64,000 bases of DNA from Bryobacterales bacterium (GCA_963422375.2 OY729428.2:608001-672000); one strand, 5' to 3'. Shown: positions 20,701-33,366, counted from the first letter of the stretch. Numbers and translations are program-made. The notes: a model not told the origin generated them from the sequence alone.

Positions 20701-21728
20701 CCTGATTACCAACGAACGTCAGCCGAGGATATGCTATACTGAAGGAGGTCGGAAATCTCTGACAGGAAAGGGGCTAGCAGATGAAACGCAATCGCGTGCA
20801 ATTCCAGAAGGGACTCAGTCCGGGCAAGTTCCTGCAGCGCTACGGCAGCGAGGGGCAATGCGAGCAGGCCGTCTTCAACGCCCGCCGGCCGGACGGCTTT
20901 CGCTGCCCGGAGTGCGGCTCCCGCCGGCACTGCCGCATCCGCTCCCGCAAGCTCTGGCAGTGCCACGCCTGCCACCGCCGGACCTCCCTCGTCGCCGGCA
21001 CGATCTTCGCCGCCACCCAGCTGCCGCTGACCGTCCGGTTGCTGGCGATCCACCTGCTGACGCAGGGCCAGCACGGCGTTTCGTCGCTGGAACTGGCGCG
21101 GCAGCCGGGCGTCAGCCGGAATACCGCCTGGAAGGTGAAGCACAAGCTCCTGCAAGTGCTGAAGGAGCGCGACGAGCGCGTGCCCCTGCGCGGCATCGTG
21201 CAGGTGGACGACGCTGACTGGGGCGGGGCGCGGACCGGCGGCCAGCGCGGGCGCGGCGGGCAAGACGCCGTTCGTCGCCGCCGTGCAGGTCACCGCCGCC
21301 GGCCAGCCGGCAAGGATGCGCATGAGCAGCGTGGCGGGCTTCCGCAAGCAGACGCTGGCAGCGTGGGCCGGGCGGCACTTGCAGCCCGGCACGGAGGTGC
21401 ATTCCGACGGCTTGGCCTGCTTCCGGGGCGTGGCCGACGCCGGCTGCGAGCACGTGCCGACCGTCACCGGAGGCGGGAAGCGGAGCTGCGGGGATTCCCG
21501 CTTCTTCCGGGTCAACACGATGCTGGCGAACGTCAAGCAGTCCCTGGCGGGAGCCTGCCATGCGCTCGACGGCAAGCACCTGCCGCGCTACCTCGCCGAG
21601 TTCCGCTACCGCTTCAACCGCCGCTACCACCTGGAGGCGCTGGTCCCCCGCCTGCTCCACGCCTCCGTGCGCACCCCGCCCAGGCCTTACCGCCTCCTAA
21701 CCTTGGCTGAGTCTTGTGGGTAATCAGG
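20701..21728 (+). mobile_element. IS1595 family (CCTGATT ends), copy 2
   Basis: Same ends as copy 1; 8-bp TSD AATCGAGA; 1028 bp. Confidence 0.97.
20781..21723 (+). pseudogene. IS1595 transposase, frameshifted
   Basis: N-terminal ORF from 20781 loses frame around 21225-21260 through small deletions relative to copy 3; C-terminus in ORF 21283-21723. Confidence 0.92.
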
Positions 21729-22004
21729 AATCGAGATAATGATCCGGTTTGGAGTCTAGTAGTTGATTTTCGTGGAAAGAATCAAGAATGACCAACGTGA
21801 GTTCAAGAAAAAGAAGGTACAAAAAGCTCGCTTGTACACATGGCTTGCGGTTCGATCTCATCCTATCTTTCCATGATCTGCGATTTTCAGAGGTCATCTC
21901 GAGCTGACAGGACCCCTAGTGCGCTCCTTCGTCAATTGGATTGACCGTTTGGTTGAATGATGAGGAATCTGACTGAACGATTCGATTTGCCGGAGATAGA
22001 CTTA

Positions 22005-23332
22005 GGACGTTGTCGGAAATTAGATTTCCATGTTCTGAGTTTTGTGTTCTCATCATCCGATGAGACGCAATCTTGAACTCGAAGCGACAATTGTTGAGCA
22101 GTACGCGGCGGTGGAAGCGTTTCTCGACGAGCGCGGGCGTCGGCTATGGGCGGCGACGGAGTCGCGTGCCATCGGGTATGGGGGAGATGCGCTGGTATCG
22201 GACGCGACTGGGTTGTCGCGCCCGACCATCCGCGCCATCCGCGCGGGGCGTCGAGAGCTGGAATCCGGCAGTGTTGAACGCGGTCGGATACGCCGCCCGG
22301 GCGCCGCCCGGCCCGGCATCGAGCAGTCGCGGCCGGGCATCGAGCAAGCGCTGGAGAAGCTGGTTGACCCGTTGACGCGCGGTGACCCGGAGTCGCCGTT
22401 GCGCTGGACATGCAAGAGTCGGGCGAAGCTCACCGCGGCGTTGTCGCAGGCGGCGTTGTCGCAGGCGGGTTGGCAGGTGAGTTCGAAGACGGCGAGCCGT
22501 TCACTGCACGAGCTTGGCTGCAGCCTGCAATCGGTGCGCAAGAGTCTCGAAGGGACAACCCGCCCCGACCGGGACGCGCAGTTCGAGCACATCCATACGA
22601 AGGCGGATGATTTCCCGCAACGTTGTCAGCCAGTGGTCTCGGTCGACACCAAGTCGACACCAAGAAGAAGGAACTGGCGGGTGAATTCAAGAACGGCGGG
22701 CGGGCATGGCAACCGCAGGGGAGCCCCGGGAAATCACTGGTGCATGATTTTCCCAAGGACTCGTCCGGCAAAGCGATGCCGTATGGCATCCATGACATGG
22801 GGCGCAACGAAGCCTGGGTGCATGTCGGACGTGATCACGACACGCCCGCGTTTGCCGCGGCCTCGCTGCGACGGTGGTGGAACGAGACGGGGAAGCGCCG
22901 CTACCCCGAGGCTGGCGAGCTGTTCATCGCTGCCGATGCGGGCGGTAGCAACGGGTATCGCTCTCGCGCCTGGAAGCATCGACTGCAGAAGTTCGCTGAC
23001 CGGACATGTCTTCGCATCCACGTCAGCCGCTTCCCGCCGGGGACCAGTCCATGGCATAAGATTGAGCGCCGCCTGTTCTGCCACGTCACGCAGAATTGGC
23101 GAGGCAAGCCACTGCGTACATTTGAGACCGTTGTCGACTTGATCGGCGGTACGCGCACAGCCGCCGGCCTTCGGGTCAAAGCCGAACTTGACAATAGAAA
23201 GTACCCGACCGGTGAGGCAGTAACGAAGGCGGAGATGGACGCCCTGTCGCTCCATCGGAACGAGTTCCACGGTGATTGGAACTACGAACTACATCCACGA
23301 TGAAGTTGGAAACTTAATATCGATCAAAGTCC
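22005..23332 (+). mobile_element. ISAzo13-family insertion sequence
   Basis: Imperfect IRs GGACGTTGTCGGAAATTAGATTTCCA / GGACTTTGATCGATATTAAGTTTCCA; 3-bp TSD TTA. Confidence 0.9.
22060..23303 (+). pseudogene. ISAzo13 transposase, frameshifted by an 11-bp duplication
   Basis: RGDPESPLRWTCKS, SVDTKKKE, ADAGGSNG, PPGTS.W.KIE.RLF, FHGDWNY; GTCGACACCAA duplicated at 22642-22663. Confidence 0.93.
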
Positions 23333-23416
23333 TTACTTCGTGAATCGCAAGTCAACCAGAGTTGCCTGTCAGAGAGACACGAGATGATCGGGGTGAGGGC
23401 CTGCTAGAATAGGTGT

Positions 23417-23785
23417 TTGGCCCTGCGGTCCGACAACTTCCACAGGACCGTCGGGATCGAGTTGGCGGAGCTGCACGAGGACGGCGCGACCATGCGCCTT
23501 GCGCTGACGGACCGGCACAAGAACGCCGCTGGGGTGGTTCATGGAGGCGTCGCGTTCACGCTGGCCGACTCGGCCTTGGGATACGGCATTCATGAGGCCC
23601 TAGGCAAGCGCTGCACGACGGCAGAGATGCAGATCAACTTCCTCCGGCCTGTTGCCGGAGACGTCTTGGAGGCACGCTCCCGCGTTCTCAAGGCGGGTCG
23701 CCGGCTGGTGGTCGCCCGCGCCGAGGTGCATTGCGGGGACTCGCAGGTCGCGGAGGTCCTCTCGACGTTCGCGATCCTAGACTGA
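23417..23785 (+). CDS. PaaI-family hotdog thioesterase
   Basis: NAAGVVHGG..TLADSA, TAEMQINFLRP. Confidence 0.88.
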   Translation: MALRSDNFHRTVGIELAELHEDGATMRLALTDRHKNAAGVVHGGVAFTLADSALGYGIHEALGKRCTTAEMQINFLRPVAGDVLEARSRVLKAGRRLVVARAEVHCGDSQVAEVLSTFAILD

Positions 23786-23807
23786 GTCCGTGCCGAGGCC
23801 CAATCGC

Positions 23808-24233
23808 ATGGAATCCATGAGGCATCCCCCACGAGTGTCCGAACAGGAGCTCGCCGAGATCCGGCGCACTTTCATGACGTCGCCGTTCAACAGGCTTGTG
23901 GGCATCGAATTCGGAGAGTATCACGCGGACGGCGTGACGCTTGTCCTGCCCGTCTCCGAGCATCACCAGAACGGCGCCGGCGTGGTTCACGGCGGAGTCA
24001 TGCTGACCCTTGCCGACGCTGCCCTCGGCTTCGGCATCGCCCGATCCGTCGGCAGGCGCTGCACGACGGCGGAGCTCAAGATCAACTACCTGCGGCCCGT
24101 GACGCAGGGCGTGCTGAAGGCGCGCTCACTCGTCATCCGGGCCGGCAGGAAGCTCGTGGTCGCACGGGCCGAGGTCCGCTGCGAGGGCAAGCACGTGGCC
24201 GAGGTGCTCTCGACGTTCGCTGTCTTGGACTAG
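23808..24233 (+). CDS. PaaI-family hotdog thioesterase (tandem paralogue)
   Basis: NGAGVVHGG..TLADAA, TAELKINYLRP; start uncertain. Confidence 0.9.
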   Translation: MESMRHPPRVSEQELAEIRRTFMTSPFNRLVGIEFGEYHADGVTLVLPVSEHHQNGAGVVHGGVMLTLADAALGFGIARSVGRRCTTAELKINYLRPVTQGVLKARSLVIRAGRKLVVARAEVRCEGKHVAEVLSTFAVLD

Positions 24234-24265
24234 GCCCCTGGTCTCGGGATTCCTCGAGCGACCCT

Positions 24266-24288
24266 ATAATGTTCGGCGTGACGCGATA

Positions 24289-24305
<17 letters not shown>
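24266..24305 (+). repeat. Perfect 20-bp tandem duplication spanning a -10-like box and start codon
   Basis: ATAATGTTCGGCGTGACGCG x2. Confidence 0.9.
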
Positions 24306-26814
<2,509 letters not shown>

Positions 26815-26838
26815 ACCGCAGCCTCGAGATCCGCTGCA

Positions 26839-28698
26839 ATGCGCGCCGCCTGCCTCGCCGCACTCCTGATGCTCCCGTCATGCTCTAGGCCCCCGGACGG
26901 GACCGAAGATCCGTCCCGCGACCTGCATTCCTACGCGAACGCGGCCGAGGCGCGCGCCACCCACCTCGATCTCGATCTCGAGGTGGACTTCGAGGCGCGG
27001 CAGCTGCGGGGAACCTGCACCCTAGACGTGGTGGGGCCGGGCACCGACTTGGTGCTCGACACCCGCGACATCGACGTGGAGCGGGTCGAGGTCTCCGAGC
27101 GCGGCGAGCCGTTTCGCGACACCGCCTTCGAGGTGGGCTCCCGCGACCCGATTCTCGGAGCTCCTCTGCGCGTTGCGCGCGGCACCGCGGCGAGAGTGCG
27201 GGTCACCTACGCGACCCGCGAGCGAGCGAGCGGCCTGCAGTGGCTCGCGCCGACCCAGACGGCGGACGGGCGCTATCCGTTCCTCTACAGCCAGTCGCAG
27301 GCCATCCACGCACGCAGCTGGATCCCCCTGCAAGACTCGCCCGGAATCCGAGTTACCTACACCGCTCGGATCCGCGCCCCGACGAACCTGCTGGCGGTCA
27401 TGAGCGCCGAGGCGCTGTCTGGGGACGGGCGCGGCGGCGACTACCGCTTCCGCATGCCGCTGGCAATTCCCCCCTACCTGATCGCCCTCGCGGTCGGCGA
27501 CCTGGCCTTCGAAGCGACGGGCGAGCGAACGGGCGTCTACGCGGAACGGAGCGTGCTCGAGGCGGCCGTCCGCGAGTTCGCGGACACCGAGGCCATGATG
27601 CAGGCCGCCGAGGCGCTGTACGGACCGTACCGCTGGGGACGCTACGACATCCTCGTGCTGCCGCCCGCCTTCCCGTTCGGCGGCATGGAGAACCCCCGGC
27701 TGACCTTCCTCTCCCCGACCGTGATCGCGGGGGACCGGAGCCTAGTGAACATCGTCGCCCACGAGCTGGCCCACTCCTGGTCGGGGAATCTGACGACCAA
27801 CGCCACCTGGCGGGATTTCTGGCTGAACGAGGGTTTCACGGTCTACTTCGAGGAGCGGATCCTGGAGGCCGTCTACGGCCCGGACCGGGCCGCGATGGAG
27901 TCGGCGCTCGAAGTCGCGCAGCTCAAGGTGGAAATGGCGGGTCTTGATGAGCGAGACCAAGTGCTCCACGTGAATCTGGCAGGCCGCGACCCGGAGGACG
28001 GCCTCACCGACGTGCCGTACATCAAGGGCGCGATGTTCCTGCGAACCGTCGAGAAAGCGGTCGGAAGGGACGAGTTCGATCCGTTCTTGCGTTCGTACTT
28101 CGACAAGCACGCCTTTCGCAGCGTGACCACCCCCGAGTTCGAGCGCTACCTGCGCACGGAACTGCTCGCGAAACATCCCGTCGCGGCGGCGATCCCGGTC
28201 AAGGAATGGCTAGGGGCTCCCGGCCTGCCCGAAAGCCGTCACGAGCCGGCCTCTGCCGCGCTAGACCAGGCCGACGCCAGCGCGCGGGAGTGGCTGGACG
28301 GAGCCGCGCCCGCCGCCCGCCTGCGGACCGCGGACTGGACGACGCAGCACTGGCTGCGATTCCTGCGCGCCCTCCCCGAGACTCTCGAGACCGCCAGGCT
28401 GGACGAGCTGGACGCGGCGTTCGGGCTCACCGAAGCCGGCAACGCCGAGATTCTGACCGAGTGGCTGGTCCTTTGCGTGCGAAGCGGGTACGGCCCGGCC
28501 GAGGCGGCGCTAGAGCGCTTTCTCCGCTCGGTCGGCCGCATGAAATTCCTGCGGCCGCTCTACAACGAGCTGGCGAAGACCGACGGCGGTCGCCGGCGCG
28601 CCGAGGAGATCTACCTCGAGGCGCGTCCGGGCTACCACCCGATGGCAGCTGGCCTAGTCGACAGCATCCTCGAGAGTGACGAGTCCCCGGATCCCTGA
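26839..28698 (+). CDS. M1 aminopeptidase (leukotriene A4 hydrolase-like), probable lipoprotein
   Basis: GGMEN, HELAH...WLNEG, VGRMKF; lipobox-like LPSC. Confidence 0.93.
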   Translation: MRAACLAALLMLPSCSRPPDGTEDPSRDLHSYANAAEARATHLDLDLEVDFEARQLRGTCTLDVVGPGTDLVLDTRDIDVERVEVSERGEPFRDTAFEVGSRDPILGAPLRVARGTAARVRVTYATRERASGLQWLAPTQTADGRYPFLYSQSQAIHARSWIPLQDSPGIRVTYTARIRAPTNLLAVMSAEALSGDGRGGDYRFRMPLAIPPYLIALAVGDLAFEATGERTGVYAERSVLEAAVREFADTEAMMQAAEALYGPYRWGRYDILVLPPAFPFGGMENPRLTFLSPTVIAGDRSLVNIVAHELAHSWSGNLTTNATWRDFWLNEGFTVYFEERILEAVYGPDRAAMESALEVAQLKVEMAGLDERDQVLHVNLAGRDPEDGLTDVPYIKGAMFLRTVEKAVGRDEFDPFLRSYFDKHAFRSVTTPEFERYLRTELLAKHPVAAAIPVKEWLGAPGLPESRHEPASAALDQADASAREWLDGAAPAARLRTADWTTQHWLRFLRALPETLETARLDELDAAFGLTEAGNAEILTEWLVLCVRSGYGPAEAALERFLRSVGRMKFLRPLYNELAKTDGGRRRAEEIYLEARPGYHPMAAGLVDSILESDESPDP

Positions 28699-29033
28699 GT
28701 CCCCCCGCCCATTGGCCGCAGGACGGCCCGGCCGTGAAGCACGTCGCACGGCTCGGACGCGACAGGCGGCGAACGGGCACGCGCCCTTGCTGCATCCTGG
28801 CCCAACGGTCCGCAAGGCGCGGCCGAGCTGCTTCGGCGGTCACGGCAGCGCGGTGCCGGGGGCGCCATACCGAGGCGCAGCCTCCGCTATCCCGCTCCCG
28901 ACCGTCGCAGCCCCAGCCTCCCGCGGACCGCGACGGCCGCGCGCAAGGGGCTCTCTCGGCCGGACAGGACGGCCTCGAATGAGTCTCCCTGACTGGACCG
29001 GCCTCGCGAGCGAAGGGCTGGACGCCCGGCCGC

Positions 29034-30542
29034 TCAGCACTTGGCGTTGATCGTGTCCGCCTGCCGCCCGCTCTGGTCGACCGCGCGCACCTTGTAGTAG
29101 AGGCCTCCGCTGTGGCCGCCGGGAGCCGACTTGTCCTCAAAGGAGAACGGCTCCAAGGACGTCTGCGGGCGGAACGGCACCGAGCCGATGCGCTCGTGGC
29201 GCCGGAAGATCTCGTAGCGCACGATCGGGTCGCCCGCGGCGTAGGCCGAATGCCATTCCAAGCGAACGCGGCCGTCGGACCTACGCTCTGCGGAGAAGCC
29301 CTGCGCGGGCTGGAAGCCGGCCGAGGGCTGCTGGAAGAAATTGGTGCGCGTGCCGTGGAGGTCCGCCACCGTGCGCTCGATGTCCCTCTTCTCCCGGGCG
29401 GAGAGGGGCTTGGCAACCTGGGCGGCCGCTAGGTTGGCGACCAGCTGGTCGCGCTGCGGGTCGCTGTCCTTGTCGATCAATCCGATGCCGGTGATGATCG
29501 TCGCCATCCCCGCGGGATTCAGAGAGTAGCGGATGAAGTCCTCGTAGGGCAGCTTGTCGGGCTGGCCGACCGTCGGCACGCTCTGGCCGGGCCGGTGGGC
29601 GTACTCCTGCTTGAGGCCGTACATCACGCCGTCGGCAAAGACCTTCATGCCGATGACGCCCATGCCCTTGGCGTGGGCCACGGGAATCGAGTTCGTCTGG
29701 TGGCAGAAGTAGTTGGGGTCATTGGGGTTCACCGCCACCAGCAGGGTGTCGAGGACGTTCTTGGTGTCGCGCTGGATGGCGTACATGTGGGCGGCGGGGC
29801 TCTCGTGGCCCGTGATGCCGATGTGGCGGATCCACTTGCGGTGCTTGGGGTTTAGCCCCGTCAGGTTGGTGCCGTCGCGGTAATCCAGCAGGCAGGCGAT
29901 GGCGCCCACGCGGGGCAGCGAGCTGTCGCCGGGGCTGTCCAGTCCCTCGAAGGCCGCGTCGACCTCCTCGTTGCTGCCGATGTGATGGACCTGCATCAGA
30001 TCCAAGTACGCGCCCTCCGGGATGTGCCCCTTGCCGTCGCCGAAGAACTGCGTGAGGGAGCGCTCGATGTCGTCGAGGACCAGCGTGCCGCCGCCCGAGG
30101 AACGCCCCATGGGCTTGGAGCCGTCGCGCACGATCGCGTGGCGCAGCGCGGTCTTGGTCGCGACGAACAGCCTGCCGCGCAGGCTGTGGTCGTATCCCGG
30201 CAGGCCCGGCTTGAGGTTCAGGATCTCGAAGGCCTTGCCCATCTTCTCCTGGCTCAGGAAGTAGTTGTTGGCCGTCTCGATGTAGGTCATGCCCGCCCGG
30301 ACGGCCTTGACGACGATCTCTACGGCTTCGTCGCCAGGCAGCTCCCACTGGACCTTGTTGCCGCCGGCCAGGCCGAACGTGGTCACCTCGCGTCCCGTGC
30401 GGCCCAGCAAGCGCGTCGCGAGCGGCTTCTCCGCGGGATGGGACCAAGCCGCGAACCTGCCGCCGACCGGCAGGAACGTCGTGGCCATGGCAGCGCCCCC
30501 CGCCCAGCGGACCGCGTCGCGTCTCGTGAAGTCTCTCGCCAT
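29034..30542 (-). CDS. Aldo/keto reductase with twin-arginine signal and C-terminal Fn3-like domain
   Basis: FTRRDAV, RLLGRTG, ETANNY, ATK, IGITGH, GMGVIGMKVF; C-terminal VRLEW..YEIFR..YYKVRAVD. Confidence 0.8.
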   Translation of the reverse strand: MARDFTRRDAVRWAGGAAMATTFLPVGGRFAAWSHPAEKPLATRLLGRTGREVTTFGLAGGNKVQWELPGDEAVEIVVKAVRAGMTYIETANNYFLSQEKMGKAFEILNLKPGLPGYDHSLRGRLFVATKTALRHAIVRDGSKPMGRSSGGGTLVLDDIERSLTQFFGDGKGHIPEGAYLDLMQVHHIGSNEEVDAAFEGLDSPGDSSLPRVGAIACLLDYRDGTNLTGLNPKHRKWIRHIGITGHESPAAHMYAIQRDTKNVLDTLLVAVNPNDPNYFCHQTNSIPVAHAKGMGVIGMKVFADGVMYGLKQEYAHRPGQSVPTVGQPDKLPYEDFIRYSLNPAGMATIITGIGLIDKDSDPQRDQLVANLAAAQVAKPLSAREKRDIERTVADLHGTRTNFFQQPSAGFQPAQGFSAERRSDGRVRLEWHSAYAAGDPIVRYEIFRRHERIGSVPFRPQTSLEPFSFEDKSAPGGHSGGLYYKVRAVDQSGRQADTINAKC

Positions 30543-30702
30543 CGTGCTTGCCCCCCGCCGGCCTCGCCCGGCCCGGATCTTCCAAGCAATGTACCACGCC
30601 CCTCGCGCGGCCGCGCCGCGAAGCCCTAAGATGGGAGCAGCCTCCCGTGCCCCGGCGATTCCGGGGCCGGCCGCGGGGCCCGCGGCTCCCTTCGCTTTCC
30701 CG

Positions 30703-31623
30703 ATGCCCGCCCCGGCCCTAGCCCTCGCCACCAGGGTCTTCGACCTGATTGGCAACACGCCCATGATCCGCCTGGCCGGCGTCACCGCGGGCTGCGGCAG
30801 CGCGCGTGTCTACGGGAAGGCGGAGTACTTCAATCCGGGCGGCTCCGTCAAGGACCGCCCGGCGGCCGGCATGATCCGGGCCGGGCTGGCGGACGGCAGC
30901 CTGCGCCCCGGGCAGACGATCATCGACGCCACCAGCGGCAACACCGGCATCGCGTACGCCATGCTCGGCGCCGCCCGAGGCCATCCGGTCAAGCTCTTCC
31001 TGCCGCGCAACGCCTCGCCCGAGCGCAAGCGCATCCTCAAGGCCTACGGCGCGGAGCTGGTCCTGACGGATGCGGCCCTCCAGACAGACGGCGCGATCCG
31101 GGCCTGCCGCGCCGAGCACGCGGCTCGCCCGGGCACCTACTTCTACCCCGACCAGTACGGCAACCCCGCGAACTGGAGGGCCCACTACGACACCACCGGC
31201 CCGGAGATCTGGCGCCAAACGGGCGGCGAGATCACCCACTTCCTAGCGGGCCTGGGCACGAGCGGGACGCTGATGGGGGCCGGCCGGTACCTGCGCGAGC
31301 GCAACCCGGGCATCCGGATCGTCTCGATGCAGCCCTCGACGGGATTCCACGGGCTCGAGGGGCTCAAGCACATGGCGACGGCCATGCAGCCGGAGATCTA
31401 CGATCCCGCGCTGGCCGACGAGAGGGTCTTCGTGGACACCGAGGACGCCTACGACATGGTGCGGCGGCTGGCGCGCGAGGACGGCCTCATGGTGGGCATC
31501 TCCTCCGGGGCGAACGTGGTGGCCGCGCTGCGAATCGCGCGCGCCCTGCGCGAGGGCACCATCGTCACCGTGCTCTGCGACGGCGCGGACAAGTACCTGA
31601 GCGAGCGCTTCTGGGACGACTGA
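30703..31623 (+). CDS. Cysteine synthase (CysM/CysK family, PLP)
   Basis: IGNTP, KAEYFNPGGSVKDR, TSGNTG, GTSGT; start uncertain (30631 or 30703). Confidence 0.92.
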   Translation: MPAPALALATRVFDLIGNTPMIRLAGVTAGCGSARVYGKAEYFNPGGSVKDRPAAGMIRAGLADGSLRPGQTIIDATSGNTGIAYAMLGAARGHPVKLFLPRNASPERKRILKAYGAELVLTDAALQTDGAIRACRAEHAARPGTYFYPDQYGNPANWRAHYDTTGPEIWRQTGGEITHFLAGLGTSGTLMGAGRYLRERNPGIRIVSMQPSTGFHGLEGLKHMATAMQPEIYDPALADERVFVDTEDAYDMVRRLAREDGLMVGISSGANVVAALRIARALREGTIVTVLCDGADKYLSERFWDD

Positions 31624-31630
31624 GGGGCCC

Positions 31631-32053
31631 ATGCTGCGGATTGCGAGAATCCCCTTCGCCGTGATGCGGGCGCATGCCGAGGCGGCCTACCCGAACGAGT
31701 GCGTCGGGGCGATGCTCGGCAAGGCCGGCGCGGACGCGAAGTCGGTGGGGCTGGCGATGCCCTTGGAAAACTCAGCCGGCGGGTCGCAGCGCGCCTTCTA
31801 CGAGCTGTCCGCGGATAGCCTGCTGGCCGCCGACGCGGCCGCTCGGAAGATGGGACTGGACGTGATCGGCATCTATCACTCCCATCCCGACGCGGACGCC
31901 TACTTCTCCGAGACCGACCTGAAGCACTCCTGCCCCTGGTATTCGTTCGTCGTGCTCTCGGTCAAGGGCGGCCGCTACGACCACGCCAGCAGCTGGCTGC
32001 CGGACTTCGAGCAGACGCGGGCGGACCGCGAGGAGCTGGAGGTCGCCGAGTAG
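31631..32053 (+). CDS. JAB/Mov34 (M67, Mec-like) metallopeptidase
   Basis: YPNECVG, GIYHSHPD..AYFSETD. Confidence 0.9.
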   Translation: MLRIARIPFAVMRAHAEAAYPNECVGAMLGKAGADAKSVGLAMPLENSAGGSQRAFYELSADSLLAADAAARKMGLDVIGIYHSHPDADAYFSETDLKHSCPWYSFVVLSVKGGRYDHASSWLPDFEQTRADREELEVAE

Positions 32054-32067
32054 CGGCCCTGCGAGCC

Positions 32068-33366
32068 ATGAAGATCACCGGACTGCGCGTGCGCGACATC
32101 CGCTTCCCGACCTCGCTCGACCTAGCGGGATCGGACGCCATGAACCCCGACCCCGACTACTCCGCCGCCTACGTGGTCCTCGAGACGGATACCGGCCCCA
32201 GAGGCCACGGGCTCGCCTTCACTCTCGGGCGCGGCACGGAAATCGTCGTGACCGCCGCCGAGGCCATGCGCTCGCTGGTATGCGGCCGCTCGCTCGAGGA
32301 GTTCGTCGCGGACATGGGCGCGTTCTGGCGCCGCGTGACCGGCGACTCGCAGCTGCGGTGGATCGGCCCCGACAAGGGGGCCGTCCACCTTGCCACGGCC
32401 GCCGTGGTGAACGCCGTGTGGGACCTGTGGGCCAAGAGCGAGGGCAAGCCCGTGTGGCGCCTGGTCGCCGACCTGACTCCCGCGGAGTTCGTGCGGCTCG
32501 TCGACTTCCGCTACATCACCGACGCGCTGACTCCGGAGGAGGCGCGGGACCTGCTCGAGCGCAGGGCCGACGGCAAGGCGCGTCGCGCCGCCCTCGTGGA
32601 GCGCCGGGGCTACCCGGCCTACACGACCTCCGCGGGCTGGCTGGGCTATCCCGACGAGAAGATCCGCGCGCTCTGCCGCCAAGGGCTCGCGCGCGGCTGG
32701 GACCGCTTCAAGATCAAGGTCGGCCGCGACCGAGCCGACGACCGGCGGCGCTGCGCCATCATCCGCGAGGAGATCGGCCAGGGCGGCACGCTGATGACGG
32801 ACGCCAACCAGGTCTGGGACGTAGGCGAGGCGGTCGACTGGATGAGGGATCTAGCCCCGTACCGACCGCTCTGGATCGAGGAGCCGACCAGCCCCGACGA
32901 CGTGCTGGGGCACAGGGCCGTGCGCGAGGCGCTCCGGCCCCACGGGATCGGCGTCGCCACGGGCGAGATGTGCCAGAACCGCGTCCTCTTCAAGCAGTTC
33001 CTGCAGGCCGACGCGCTCGACTACGTGCAGGTCGACGCGACCCGGCTGGGCGGCGTCAACGAGGTTCTGGCGGTCCTGCTGCTGGCGGCCAAGTTCGGCA
33101 AGCCGGTTTGCCCGCACGCGGGCGGCGTGGGCCTGTGCGAGCACGTGCAGCACCTGGCGCTGATCGACTACATCTGCGTGTCGGGCTCGCTCGAGGGCCG
33201 CGTGCTCGAGTACGTCGACCACCTGCACGAGCACTTCGTCGATCCGGTGGCGCTGCGCGAGGACAGCTACATGCCGCCAGCGGCCCCCGGCTACAGCATC
33301 GAAATGAAGCCGCGATCGCTCGACCGCCACGACTTCGCAAACCGGGCGGAATACGCTAGCCTGTAG
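32068..33366 (+). CDS. L-fuconate dehydratase (enolase superfamily, ENOSF1-like)
   Basis: DIRFPTS, GSDAMNPDPDYS, SQLRWIGP, YTTSAGWLGY, KIKVG, CPHAGGVGLCE. Confidence 0.9.
   Translation: MKITGLRVRDIRFPTSLDLAGSDAMNPDPDYSAAYVVLETDTGPRGHGLAFTLGRGTEIVVTAAEAMRSLVCGRSLEEFVADMGAFWRRVTGDSQLRWIGPDKGAVHLATAAVVNAVWDLWAKSEGKPVWRLVADLTPAEFVRLVDFRYITDALTPEEARDLLERRADGKARRAALVERRGYPAYTTSAGWLGYPDEKIRALCRQGLARGWDRFKIKVGRDRADDRRRCAIIREEIGQGGTLMTDANQVWDVGEAVDWMRDLAPYRPLWIEEPTSPDDVLGHRAVREALRPHGIGVATGEMCQNRVLFKQFLQADALDYVQVDATRLGGVNEVLAVLLLAAKFGKPVCPHAGGVGLCEHVQHLALIDYICVSGSLEGRVLEYVDHLHEHFVDPVALREDSYMPPAAPGYSIEMKPRSLDRHDFANRAEYASL

Larger units (their letters stand above)
19228..21960 (+). pseudogene. DUF3226-like (TOPRIM/RloB-like) partner of the ATPase, split by two IS1595 copies
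   Basis: After removing both IS: LVVEDNDD...GIIVDAN..NRWRSI...RVGIWIMSDN.STG..EDFL...KARLYTWLAV...FVNWIDRL; two further frameshifts and an in-frame TGA. Confidence 0.75.

Noticed and set aside
19444..21728. Composite transposon formed by the two inverted IS1595 copies
   Set aside because: Each copy has its own TSD and the 224-bp middle is in-frame host gene, so these are independent insertions
18971..21876. TGA at two positions where Gly is expected, suggesting TGA=Gly recoding
   Set aside because: The module has frameshifts, the partner gene itself ends in TGA, and GGA>TGA point mutations explain it
30289..30785. Overlapping N-terminal extensions of the AKR and cysteine synthase ORFs
   Set aside because: Low-complexity upstream read-through; family motifs begin near 30542 and 30703
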